From the IMG/VR virus record IMGVR_UViG_3300022542_000276: DNA of 50,035 nucleotides; one strand, written 5' to 3'. Every line of letters starts with the position of its first letter. Positions within the stretch are counted from its first letter, which is position 1. The notes beneath the pieces were generated by a model, which was not told the origin of the DNA, did not search any database, and saw only the letters and a program-made list of their open reading frames with translations. The translations under genes were made by a program, and so were the position numbers. Positions 26,901-35,313 of the stretch are shown piece by piece. This DNA is from a virus.

Positions 26901-29136
26901 TAGACAAAGAGCTAAAGCCTACTTTGACTGGATGAAAAAGCCACTTAAGGAAATGCATGAAGCTGAACTAATAACTGCTAAAGAACTTAATGATTTAAGT
27001 TCGCATAATTATAGTAAGCTAAAACTAGTTGACTTGTATGATGTAGAAAGACCTGGTATAGGGCCACGAGGAAGGACTGTATATGATTCAGGGATTCAAT
27101 CTTTAAAGAAAGGTAGAGACACAGACATCTTTGAATCATCTAGCAAAATTATGGCTTTGGAAGTATTCAATAGAGCATATGGTAGAATTATGAATAATAA
27201 GGCTAATCTAGCTTTATTGGATGTAGCTAAGGCCGATCCAACTAATCCATTTGTCAGAGTTAAACTGGACAAAGCAGATATAATTCCATCTGGATGGAAA
27301 AGAAGTTTCGTATTTAAAGATGGTGAAAGAATACCTATATATATTTCTCCTAAAATGGCTAAGGAATGGTTAAGTACTAACAAAGAAATTAGTTATAAAG
27401 CTGCACAAATAGCTAGGTGGGTTAGTGGATCGGTTGTGTTGAGGACCTTTGCTACTGGTATAAACTGGGGATTTGCCTTAGCTAATCTACCAATGGATGT
27501 CATGCGTGCTTGGTTTGCTGCTAGAACATGGAAAGATGGTAAGTGGGAAAGTGTATACAGTCCAATTACGCCAGTCTATGGATTACAAATGAGTAGAGAT
27601 CTAGCTACTGTATTCTCAGACTCTGTATTAAGAAAAGGCAGATTTAATAAGTATCTTGAAGAAGGCGGGGGACTAGAATACTTGACTCAACAGGGAAGGT
27701 TATTCCAAAAAGGTAGGCATCTTGAAGGACCGTTGGATAAGATACAGAATGTCCTAGGTTACTTTGGTGAGACTTCTGAAAATATGACTAGGTTAGCTAT
27801 AATGGAAAGAGTTATAAGGAATAGAGCTAAAGAACGTGGACTTACAATGGAACAGGCAAGGAAAGTCAAAGGGATTACTCGTGAAGCTGCGTTTGCTGCT
27901 AGAGATCAATTAGACTTCGGTCAAGGTGGGAGTATAACTAAAGCACTCGATACTGGTATACCGTATCTAAGTGCTGCAATACAAGGCACAAGAGGAATGT
28001 TTAGAACTTTTATACCTGGAAGCGGCACTGCATTTGAGTCTACGTTTAAGTTGGCTCAATTTGCAGCGTTGACTACTGGAACGATGGTAGTTGCATTGAA
28101 TATGGCACCGGAAACTATGGAGGAATTAGAGGGTAATCCAGCTAAGTTGAATAACTTGACTGTGCCTATAGGTGACCAGTTTGGATTTGAAGATGAATAC
28201 GGTCAAATGAGATATCCTTTTTTTAAAATACCTTTGGATCACGGACAGAGATTTTTCAAGACATTTTTTGAAGCGGCTGCTAGAAAACAAATGGGATATG
28301 AAATAGATATTAATGAAGTAGTTGACTCATTAAAAAGTGTATCACCAGTAGGAGTGTCAAGTTTACCACCAACCATTAGTGGCACATTAGGCTATGTTAC
28401 TAACAAAGACTTTTGGTTAAACGAAGATATTTGGCGTAAGACTGATCGACCATTTGCTTGGCCAGAGTCAAGAGAGGAGTATATCCCTGGAAGGACTCCA
28501 CAAGTTTATATAGATATTGGTCAGGTCACTGGACTAAGTCCTGAACGTACAAGATATGCAGTGGAGGAATTGGTTACTAGTGGAACCGTATGGTCTTATT
28601 TACTAGGCCAAGGCTATGATGCTATGTTTAGTGACTTGCCGAAAAGTAATAAAGAACAACATATAGCACAGGTGTTATCAAAGATGCCTATTACTAAAAG
28701 GTTCATAGGTATTACTAATCCTTATTCTAAATATGCAGAGAAGATTGAGAAAGCACAGGAAGTTGCAGTTATAGAAAGGTTTGTAGAAAATAGAGGCTTA
28801 GACGCTTTAGCCGAAGGTTACTTGTTTAAAGATACTGTAAGTCGTAAGGAAGTTATAGACTACATGAGATCATTTAAGGATCTAGACACCTTCGATCGGT
28901 TAAAGGAAAGATTCTTATTCCAAGAAATTACTAAAGACTTACCAGAAAGGAGTTTCTGGTTAAGACTGCAAGGTGTAAGATTAGAGGCTAGGGCTAGAGT
29001 ATTTGTGGATAGGTTAGAGAAAGCTAATCCAGAACAACGGAAGCAGATTTGGAAAGAATATTCAACCGTTGTCCTGGCTAAAGGAATAGTTAGTAAAGGA
29101 TTTAGAGAAGAAGTATTAAAACTACGAGGTCGGTAA
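23908..29136 (+). CDS. Giant internal virion / DNA-ejection (or tape-measure-like) protein
   Basis: 1742 aa and the last gene of the virion arm. Long helical/charged N-terminal half. Contains three in-frame copies of the 25-nt dyad element. Confidence 0.55.
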   Translation: MSKSLLDIELVSFESEGQTKQDSLLDIDLVPFGGKDISTIDPDLDIKLIPFGTEEPKLGIQKPMIEEPIIKREPFSKLTEDFYSRILNTQSSEDRKKLGVDDTGRPIEDEGFISKTGKSFSDTFRQLRVLKGRPDIVFQGLADFTLSIPGFAVGIIDAGVSTSKELVDQIVLGNEINLEEVYNSAAEGMQRSMEFFEPGKEMILGKVPEESRLIGEVAMAPMTALSMTGHKIADWEGFKDYPNIRGAARFAGDIAGIGAMGFIMHGPSGKGKLGRDIEEVVTAAEQVAVKESRLAEIPNEIAKQAMAKVLEIEKIQLELKAKDIADSISKDAVIREELLVQSERLAREKMLPVTGKPEATFVSKKGNVYNKVDGIWYDEAGKKVTNTFKLKAIEKGVKEKVVEPVEPKEVVEPDRLKIERPEAKITKLPVKRKLKAGDRVIVYGEGIPERIMDFADEYGFWDKQNVYPEKIKEYVRKSYGKEGLREYNKILLDFEDPVAALSRFFKDKDIIEPKKQLEVVPEPDRLKIERPKPTELVEPITEIDQSTGSRLPNIEGEKSPFFQDSTKTTQMAETFTERATAVSESVEMFTQKIINDVNQWYHKLNEIDIESAREGLSELASRADELRGEFITGADHAVWKETISEAATWARRLDRKVIKTISEKEYIDKFKTVWDEYEIEIEATNRGIKPAFYYATKDQKIIDYAKSKGLKVIEDITPSGDFIAIKDNILGNIVANKLIELSKRRKEIFKTRDIEIIDKWNEEFSEALGYDKELSQNIRDISGMGPRDLEAKRIHSYIQKLDRLEIKRTGEVVKELTRQEKIDKLMKTFESEGFKLTTGIDPVKGIKALIEGAKETIDYVKESRELKKFKPKAAIKNTYEELVRSGLDVSGNIRTEFLDKLGDEGYRIIQAMYLSKGAHPRVTGLINQMSKEVYSGLNRNERRILDTLVLTSRMVAIAKTPSGVGFKYPKKLTPEKSVVYSELFGEIEKISPERTAVIRQRAKAYFDWMKKPLKEMHEAELITAKELNDLSSHNYSKLKLVDLYDVERPGIGPRGRTVYDSGIQSLKKGRDTDIFESSSKIMALEVFNRAYGRIMNNKANLALLDVAKADPTNPFVRVKLDKADIIPSGWKRSFVFKDGERIPIYISPKMAKEWLSTNKEISYKAAQIARWVSGSVVLRTFATGINWGFALANLPMDVMRAWFAARTWKDGKWESVYSPITPVYGLQMSRDLATVFSDSVLRKGRFNKYLEEGGGLEYLTQQGRLFQKGRHLEGPLDKIQNVLGYFGETSENMTRLAIMERVIRNRAKERGLTMEQARKVKGITREAAFAARDQLDFGQGGSITKALDTGIPYLSAAIQGTRGMFRTFIPGSGTAFESTFKLAQFAALTTGTMVVALNMAPETMEELEGNPAKLNNLTVPIGDQFGFEDEYGQMRYPFFKIPLDHGQRFFKTFFEAAARKQMGYEIDINEVVDSLKSVSPVGVSSLPPTISGTLGYVTNKDFWLNEDIWRKTDRPFAWPESREEYIPGRTPQVYIDIGQVTGLSPERTRYAVEELVTSGTVWSYLLGQGYDAMFSDLPKSNKEQHIAQVLSKMPITKRFIGITNPYSKYAEKIEKAQEVAVIERFVENRGLDALAEGYLFKDTVSRKEVIDYMRSFKDLDTFDRLKERFLFQEITKDLPERSFWLRLQGVRLEARARVFVDRLEKANPEQRKQIWKEYSTVVLAKGIVSKGFREEVLKLRGR
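25146..25170. repeat. 25-nt dyad element, copy 10 (inside a CDS)
   Basis: agatcgtttaaaaattgaacgacct, translated as (P)DRLKIERP. Confidence 0.75.
25476..25500. repeat. 25-nt dyad element, copy 11 (inside a CDS)
   Basis: agatcgtttaaagattgaacgacct, translated as (P)DRLKIERP. Confidence 0.75.
26310..26334. repeat. 25-nt dyad element, copy 12 (inside a CDS)
   Basis: agaccgtttggaaattaaacgaact, translated as (L)DRLEIKRT. It is followed by 'ggagaa', exactly as upstream of the portal gene. Confidence 0.75.
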
Positions 29137-29137
29137 T

Positions 29138-29162
29138 AGATCGTTAAATTTCCAAACGGTCT
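29138..29162. repeat. 25-nt dyad element, copy 13, at the convergence point of the two arms
   Basis: agatcgttaaatttccaaacggtct. It fills the 29-nt gap between stop 29136 (+) and stop 29166 (-). Confidence 0.8.
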
Positions 29163-29165
29163 GGA

Positions 29166-30392
29166 TCACTTAAACCCTTTCAATATCTTATCTCTTGATT
29201 CAATAACTTTGATTATGCTGTCAGTCCCAGGCTTATTTATAACTCTTATTATATTACTAGCTTCAAGTGTATCTACTACCCGATCCATAGTTAACTTATC
29301 CATATCATTGCTAAATCTTCTAGCAAATTGATAGAAAGGGACTTCATCTGTACGGGAATTTACTAGAAATGAAGTTACTTGATTTATCAAAGATGCAATA
29401 TCAGACTGTCCCACACCTTTAAATACATATTCCATTTTTACTTCTACTTCATTAAGTAACTTTATTGCCTCTGTCAAATCATCTCTAGACATTGACAAAT
29501 CATGCTGGCCATGTGAAGCAGAGATAATCATGGATAGTTTCATAAGATGTGTGCGCCGTCTTCCTATATATCCATCGAACTTCCTATCATAAAATGGAGG
29601 GTTTTTCTCAGCATCTATACACCAGTCAGTCCATAGCTCTACAAACTTTTCAGTGTAGGAAAAAGAACCAGAAAGCATAGATATTTTCTCTAAATCATGA
29701 AGTAAGTATTCGCGCAGTTCGAATTCTTTCTGTGTCTGCACAGGCATGGTTACTAGTTTACCTTTCTTCTCTTCAAATACAAAGATGATACGGGAAGTAA
29801 GACCACCACCTATAGATTCAATAGGTAAGGAAGACTGTATTAAGTCTGGAGTAGTACCACCGAGTAAGTTTACCCATACACCTATAATTTCCTCCTTCTG
29901 CCTCGATATAGTATCATAAGACCACTTCTTATCACAGTCATACCAGTCACATAAAGAAGCCATCAACTCACGATTATGGTAGCCTAGAAAAACTGTAAAT
30001 TCTTTAGAGAAGATCGTGAGAGATGAATGATAAGTCTGATCACCTGTTTTAAGATCTAAGTCGGTTAAGTTGGTATCCTTAAGATGACGAATAAGTGCCT
30101 GAAGTGAAGTGGCATTAGCACTTAGACGGATAGATGGAATGTCAGATATTATATCAAGTCCAGGATTCATAGCTGTGCCTTTACCAGTTGCAGAAGGGCC
30201 TACTAAGACTACAAATAAGTTAGGATAGAAAGTTAAAGAAGTTCCCCAGTCTATCCCACACTTTCTTTGCATAGCAGCTGCAATGCATGAAATAGCAGTC
30301 CATCTTCTAAACAATATAGGTGGTTCAGAGTTGTCAGTATAGAGCTCATAAGCCTCAATCCAATCTGGGAGCTTACGTTTAAGTTGATTCAT
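29166..30392 (-). CDS. P-loop NTPase, DUF3987-like (putative replicative helicase)
   Basis: Walker A 'LVGPSATGKGTA' and a Walker B-like 'RIIFVFEE'. The family assignment is from memory. Confidence 0.45.
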   Translation of the reverse strand: MNQLKRKLPDWIEAYELYTDNSEPPILFRRWTAISCIAAAMQRKCGIDWGTSLTFYPNLFVVLVGPSATGKGTAMNPGLDIISDIPSIRLSANATSLQALIRHLKDTNLTDLDLKTGDQTYHSSLTIFSKEFTVFLGYHNRELMASLCDWYDCDKKWSYDTISRQKEEIIGVWVNLLGGTTPDLIQSSLPIESIGGGLTSRIIFVFEEKKGKLVTMPVQTQKEFELREYLLHDLEKISMLSGSFSYTEKFVELWTDWCIDAEKNPPFYDRKFDGYIGRRRTHLMKLSMIISASHGQHDLSMSRDDLTEAIKLLNEVEVKMEYVFKGVGQSDIASLINQVTSFLVNSRTDEVPFYQFARRFSNDMDKLTMDRVVDTLEASNIIRVINKPGTDSIIKVIESRDKILKGFK

Positions 30393-30396
30393 AACA

Positions 30397-30708
30397 CTAT
30401 TCCATAAAATGGACTGGTTTGTTTAGTGTTCTAGCTATACCTATTTCCCTCTTTACACCTTCTGACTTTTTCCAGTTGCCAAAAGAGGAAATGTATAGTT
30501 GATCACACCAATGAATGAAGCATATATCAAGCCATTTCCAGTAACTCCATTTTTTTGACAAGTTACATTCAGTTGCTATAGGATGAGAGTGGGAGATAGG
30601 ACTGAAGACTACATATCCTTCATTTATAAGTTTGCCAGCTAATTTATTAACCTCTTTAAAACTTTCCTTTTCATATCCTGTATAGGGCGTAGCTAGATAA
30701 ATCTTCAT
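30397..30708 (-). CDS. DUF1937 / nucleoside 2-deoxyribosyltransferase-like protein
   Basis: 'MKIYLATPYTG...VVFSPISHSHP...WCDQLYI...W..SEGV..EI' matches the DUF1937 pattern as remembered. It has a 4-nt overlap with the polymerase gene. Confidence 0.5.
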   Translation of the reverse strand: MKIYLATPYTGYEKESFKEVNKLAGKLINEGYVVFSPISHSHPIATECNLSKKWSYWKWLDICFIHWCDQLYISSFGNWKKSEGVKREIGIARTLNKPVHFME

Positions 30709-33209
30709 TTATTTCTCCTTAGTTTTTTATATGCTAGTTCTATCTTAACTGCAAGTGTGTGTAAGTCATCTGGGATATCTTTGCTTTTATATTCTATCAT
30801 ATTATCTTTACACATATCTAATCCAATAGTTACATCGGCAGGAATTGGAATCTTTACACCTTTCCAATAAAGTGGAGTTTCAAGTGAGTCTTTAATAAGT
30901 TTGATCATCCTAGCATGTTCAATCCAAGGTATAGATAAAGGGATTTGAAACACTACCGAGTCATGTACTTGGGCTAGGAGTTCTACAGGCTTAAACAAAT
31001 CTTGATTATAATAGATGTATTCAAGTCCTTGTTCATTTATCTTATCGGCCGTTGTAGATTGTGGAAGCTGTGCGTAGGCTTCACGGTAGGTAGCAAGGCA
31101 AGCAGATCTGGATACACCAGGATGGGAAGGAATTATGGGGCCTAGAAACAATCTATTACGTCCCATCAAGTTTGTAACAGTACGATTTTTCTTAAGCATA
31201 TTTTGAATAGTCAGGTGAAACCCTCCACGGATTTGAGGGTAACCCTTGTGAATCTTTTCTATGAGATACTTAGCATCTCGTTCAGTTAGTTCATTTTTAA
31301 GTGCAAAGGTTTTATATCCTACATCATAATTAGTAGCGTGATTCCCCTTTTTTCCGTAAAAGCGTTCTGACTGTCTACCGTCACCGAGTGTGGATGAACC
31401 GTCTTCACTTAAAATCTCATCATAAGGCTTACCAAAGATAACTGAAGCAGTCATACGATGAAGGTCTATTCCTTGCTCAAAGGCTTCGATTTGAGAAATG
31501 ACACCTCCAACGTAAGCCACGATTCTATTCTCGATCTGGCTGAGGTCGATAGAATATCCAAGATATCCTTCATCGAAGACGAAGAATTTGAGTAAGTCAT
31601 GTGGCCAGTTTTGTTGATTACCACCAGTTCCAAATATAGTCTCACCTGATGATAGTCTTCCTGTTTCAGCTCCGACAGGTTTATATGAACTACGATATCT
31701 CCCATCTTTATCCACCTTTTTTATATTTAAATAAGTTGATATACGCTTTGACAATCCACGAATGTCAAGCATGATTTGTGCAGCTTGAATGCCTTGCCTT
31801 GCAAGCCGTTTCATAGCATCTACATCGGTAGTAGGAACATATTTACCTTTACTATTACGTTTTTTATAAGGTTTTATTTTAAGTTCGTTGTAGAAATACT
31901 TCATTAATTGTTTAGGTGAATTATGATTAATAGCGTAACCTACTTCTTTATGAAGCTGCTCGATTAAGATATCAAGTTTAACCTGTTCCTTTTTTGCATA
32001 CTTAATTATACCATCTACATCAACTTTAATTCCACGCTCAGCCATATAAATTAAAGGTTTGATTAACTTACGTTGTCGATTATAGGTGTCGAGATTCCCT
32101 TGTTTCTTCAACTCAGCAATTTGCTCAGGGTGTGCAGCTGAAGTGGCGATAGAGTCAAGACCGTTGTAGTTCCACCAAGTTTCCCAGGTGCCAATCCCAC
32201 GCTTCATCCATTGTTTACCATCTTGTTTGTAATAAGGTATGTCAGTATGCATAGTTGTAACAAAATCCAGGCCAGCTGGGTAATCAGGTAACATAATTTT
32301 CTGAGCGATCTGTGTACAGTGAATTTCTCCTCTAGGAACCATACCATACTTGTGATACATAAATTGAGTATCGAAGATAAAATTAGCCCCTCGCTTACTT
32401 ATACGTGGAGATTGAATTATCTTAGCAATAAGCAACATTATTTCATACTCTTGCTCAATATGAAAATAGTCGCCTTTAGCATCACGAAAGGGAATACTTA
32501 TAGCATGTGTAGAATCCCAAGCAAAAGATATACAATCTAGTTCACGATTAACTACTTCGATATCCAGGTCTACCGTTCTACCTCGTAAACCACCTTCATA
32601 GATGTAGTTTAGTATATCTACACATTCATTGTAAGTAGGTGCAATCTTTATTGATCTGCCAAGTTGTCTAATCTCATGATAAGTTGATTCAATCTTAGCT
32701 TGGAGCAAGTCAGTGACGATTAGAGGTTTGTTAAGAAAATTGAACTTTGGAGGGATGAAAGTAGCCGGATGAAACGTGGGAATTATTTTTAATCCAGGAA
32801 CTAAAGTGGAATTAAGTACAGAACCTCTCCATTTGGTAATCCCGACTCGATTAGTCAAGGCAATTAAAGGTATATTTCCACAAGCTATTACAATATTAAG
32901 ATTGGGAAGTTTAGATAGTTCTTCACCAAGTTCTTGAATATAAATATAGCCATTCTCTGACATAGTATATCGACCGGACGAGTTAAGATTGATATACTTC
33001 ACCAATGGTTCGTCTAAGTCCTTAATTACGTTTGTTAGGTAGATAGACGAACGAGGAATCTTGGCCATTGTTAGGCAATCATTAAGACCCTTACCAGCTG
33101 GTCCTATGAATACTTTTCCATATCTTATTTCCTGCACTCCGGGTTGCTCACCTACAATTGCTATGGTAGCATTGGTAGGGCCGGAAGGATAAACAGTTGT
33201 TTGTCTCAT
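30705..33209 (-). CDS. Family A DNA polymerase with an N-terminal family-4 UDG-like domain and a 3'-5' exonuclease domain
   Basis: UDG motifs are 'GEQPGVQE' and 'FHPA'. Exo motifs are 'DLDIE', 'NFIFDTQF' and 'YNGLDS'. Pol motifs are A 'DLSQIENRIVAY', B 'RQSERFYGKKGNHATNYDVG' and C 'QVHDSVVF'. I place the start at ATG 33209, which forms an ATGA overlap with the upstream stop, rather than at the track's GTG 33227. Confidence 0.85.
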   Translation of the reverse strand: MRQTTVYPSGPTNATIAIVGEQPGVQEIRYGKVFIGPAGKGLNDCLTMAKIPRSSIYLTNVIKDLDEPLVKYINLNSSGRYTMSENGYIYIQELGEELSKLPNLNIVIACGNIPLIALTNRVGITKWRGSVLNSTLVPGLKIIPTFHPATFIPPKFNFLNKPLIVTDLLQAKIESTYHEIRQLGRSIKIAPTYNECVDILNYIYEGGLRGRTVDLDIEVVNRELDCISFAWDSTHAISIPFRDAKGDYFHIEQEYEIMLLIAKIIQSPRISKRGANFIFDTQFMYHKYGMVPRGEIHCTQIAQKIMLPDYPAGLDFVTTMHTDIPYYKQDGKQWMKRGIGTWETWWNYNGLDSIATSAAHPEQIAELKKQGNLDTYNRQRKLIKPLIYMAERGIKVDVDGIIKYAKKEQVKLDILIEQLHKEVGYAINHNSPKQLMKYFYNELKIKPYKKRNSKGKYVPTTDVDAMKRLARQGIQAAQIMLDIRGLSKRISTYLNIKKVDKDGRYRSSYKPVGAETGRLSSGETIFGTGGNQQNWPHDLLKFFVFDEGYLGYSIDLSQIENRIVAYVGGVISQIEAFEQGIDLHRMTASVIFGKPYDEILSEDGSSTLGDGRQSERFYGKKGNHATNYDVGYKTFALKNELTERDAKYLIEKIHKGYPQIRGGFHLTIQNMLKKNRTVTNLMGRNRLFLGPIIPSHPGVSRSACLATYREAYAQLPQSTTADKINEQGLEYIYYNQDLFKPVELLAQVHDSVVFQIPLSIPWIEHARMIKLIKDSLETPLYWKGVKIPIPADVTIGLDMCKDNMIEYKSKDIPDDLHTLAVKIELAYKKLRRNK

Positions 33210-33415
33210 ATAGATGTCTCCCACCACTTAGTTGGTGTTATACACCTAAGTATTCCCCATATACATAAAGTTCCATATCCAAGAACTACACCCCAAGGCT
33301 TTGCTAGTGGATCAAATGGCTGTCTAATAAATACAGCTTCTATACCATTCCAGAATGTTCCACCTAATCCTAGTATAATAAATAGCTTAAAGAATATCAC
33401 ATCTAAATTTTTCAT
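33206..33415 (-). CDS. Small membrane protein (about 2 TM segments)
   Basis: 69 aa with hydrophobic 'FFKLFIILGLGGTFW' and 'WGVVLGYGTLCIWGIL', a GGGAGG SD, and translational coupling to the polymerase gene. Confidence 0.55.
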   Translation of the reverse strand: MKNLDVIFFKLFIILGLGGTFWNGIEAVFIRQPFDPLAKPWGVVLGYGTLCIWGILRCITPTKWWETSI

Positions 33416-33428
33416 AAGTTAGCCTCCC

Positions 33429-33453
33429 ATATTGTTTAATAATTAAACGATCT
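33429..33453. repeat. 25-nt dyad element, copy 14
   Basis: atattgtttaataattaaacgatct. Lies directly upstream (minus sense) of the SD and ATG 33415. Confidence 0.8.
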
Positions 33454-33489
33454 ATTACAATATTCTCTCAATCCATTTGATAGTTTCCT

Positions 33490-33514
33490 AGATCGTTTGG
33501 GAATTAAACGATCT
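33490..33514. repeat. 25-nt dyad element, copy 15
   Basis: agatcgtttgggaattaaacgatct. Overlaps the stop of the ParB/Srx-MTase gene (protein ends ...QQIV*). Confidence 0.8.
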
Positions 33515-34823
33515 GTTGTGAATGCAATTTTATTAAAAAACTATCTCTGTAGGCTTTAGACAACTCAAATCCTAGCGGACTCATACCAAGTTGGTCGGCT
33601 GCTAGAATACCATTACCTGATCCCAGGAAAGGAATCAAAACACGCGAGCCAGGAAATGCAAAGGTATTATAGATCTCCTTCATCAACTCGATGGGACGTT
33701 CAGTAGGATGAGTTTTCTTCTGTGGTGGGACTGGAGGGTAATCAAAGATGTTTCTCCTACCTGGCTTATTAAGTGCCGGACGGCCCTTCCAAGCATAGAA
33801 AAACATCTCATAAGAATTTGCTAGATGTATTTCAGGTCGTTTAGATTGGCCATATCCTTTTGTCCACACTCCGCACATACGAGTAGTGTTAAATCCAGCA
33901 TGGGTTAATTCCTTATATACAACTTCAATCCATGGCTGGGGAGCAAACCAGCATATTAGCCAAGAATGCTGGGCCATTACTCGATAGCATTCTTGAAATA
34001 GTAAGGACAAAAATTCTATATATTTATCTGCATCAATTTCATTGTAAGAGTCGGAGGAATATATAGACTCACCATCTGTCTTTTTAGCTTGCTGGAGCCT
34101 TATAGCATACGGAGGGTCTATTTCCACAAGATGGTAAACGGAATCAGGAATCTTCTTTACACCTTCAAAGAAGTCATTTAGAACAAAGCAGTTAGATAAC
34201 TTAGTAAAAGAATTACTAGTAGTTTCTAACTGAATTTTCTGTGCAATAACTTCCTTAACAACAAGCTCATCCATCTTCTTAATTACAGTCGAAGCATCCT
34301 TTTGTGTCTTACATTTGTCAAATAGTTCCGGAAATGCTTCACGAGCTTCAGCACGTTTAATAGCGGTAGAAACAGATGCTTTGGAAACTCCGATTAGTTT
34401 GCCAGTATCATCAGTTCCCCAGCCAACTGCATCTGGGCCAGGTGCCTTTGTGCCATGGATAGATTGTTGTAGTTCATGTATTTCCCTTGTTAAGTTATCA
34501 AACTCCCAAAATTCCATATCCTTTCTGTGAAAGTTTTCAGACTTTTCTATTATTTTTATTTCTAAGTCTGATAAACTAGATGGAAATATCCTTACTGGAA
34601 TTATCTCAACTTTGTTTTTCAACAATGTTCGTAATCTGCGTTCACCGGCTAGTAATAGATACTTATTATCATCTATTTCTTTGACAGCTAATGGAGCAAT
34701 CAGTCCACTATTCTTCATTGACTCTTCAAGACTAATCAAGTCTCCCATTTCTACCCTTGTTCTATCTCCAATGTCTATGTTACTTATATCTACCATTGCA
34801 ACTTTTCCTACTTCTATAGACAT
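33504..34823 (-). CDS. ParB/Srx N-terminal domain fused to a DNA methyltransferase (DPPY, beta-class N6A/N4C type)
   Basis: 'LLAGERRLRT' is the ParB GxRR box, 'EIDPPY' is catalytic motif IV, and 'THPTERPIEL' plus 'VLIPFLGSGN' is the SAM-binding motif. Confidence 0.8.
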   Translation of the reverse strand: MSIEVGKVAMVDISNIDIGDRTRVEMGDLISLEESMKNSGLIAPLAVKEIDDNKYLLLAGERRLRTLLKNKVEIIPVRIFPSSLSDLEIKIIEKSENFHRKDMEFWEFDNLTREIHELQQSIHGTKAPGPDAVGWGTDDTGKLIGVSKASVSTAIKRAEAREAFPELFDKCKTQKDASTVIKKMDELVVKEVIAQKIQLETTSNSFTKLSNCFVLNDFFEGVKKIPDSVYHLVEIDPPYAIRLQQAKKTDGESIYSSDSYNEIDADKYIEFLSLLFQECYRVMAQHSWLICWFAPQPWIEVVYKELTHAGFNTTRMCGVWTKGYGQSKRPEIHLANSYEMFFYAWKGRPALNKPGRRNIFDYPPVPPQKKTHPTERPIELMKEIYNTFAFPGSRVLIPFLGSGNGILAADQLGMSPLGFELSKAYRDSFLIKLHSQQIV

Positions 34824-34826
34824 AAT

Positions 34827-35036
34827 TTATTCTCCTAACATTTTAAGCAATTCTGCCGCTTGAGCCTTGGATATTTTAGAGGCGGCCTTAGACTGACTGA
34901 TTTTGTTTTTAGTTGATTTAGACTTTTTCTTATCTGGAATACGACGTGAAAGACGAAGTTCTCGTAAGTATTCAATAGCTTCGTCTTTATTCATGTCGGA
35001 TACAGATTTGATTGGTAGGTCTTCAATAGTAGCCAT
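34827..35036 (-). CDS. Hypothetical Lys-rich protein
   Basis: 69-aa ORF, tightly packed. Confidence 0.5.
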   Translation of the reverse strand: MATIEDLPIKSVSDMNKDEAIEYLRELRLSRRIPDKKKSKSTKNKISQSKAASKISKAQAAELLKMLGE

Positions 35037-35275
35037 TATTTACATCTCCTTTTAGCTTTAGCTAAACTCGGTAAGATTTCCCTAGGCTTGACTGCCCCGT
35101 CTAGGATTGCACCTATAACTATATTACCGTGGTTTTCTATAAGATCTAATACATCGTCTAAGATTATAGAAAATATAGATTTGCGTATGCCATAGATGGA
35201 TATTAGTTTATCAGCCCGTAACTTTTGTTCGTCCGAGATTTCGAAAGAGAACTTCGCCTTATATTCACTATTCAT
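35036..35275 (-). CDS. Hypothetical protein
   Basis: 79-aa ORF with a GGAGG SD. Confidence 0.55.
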   Translation of the reverse strand: MNSEYKAKFSFEISDEQKLRADKLISIYGIRKSIFSIILDDVLDLIENHGNIVIGAILDGAVKPREILPSLAKAKRRCK

Positions 35276-35288
35276 ATTTTACCTCCAT

Positions 35289-35313
35289 AGATCGTTTAAC
35301 AATTAAATGAACT
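35289..35313. repeat. 25-nt dyad element, copy 16
   Basis: agatcgtttaacaattaaatgaact. Overlaps the stop of the SQD1-like gene. Confidence 0.8.
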
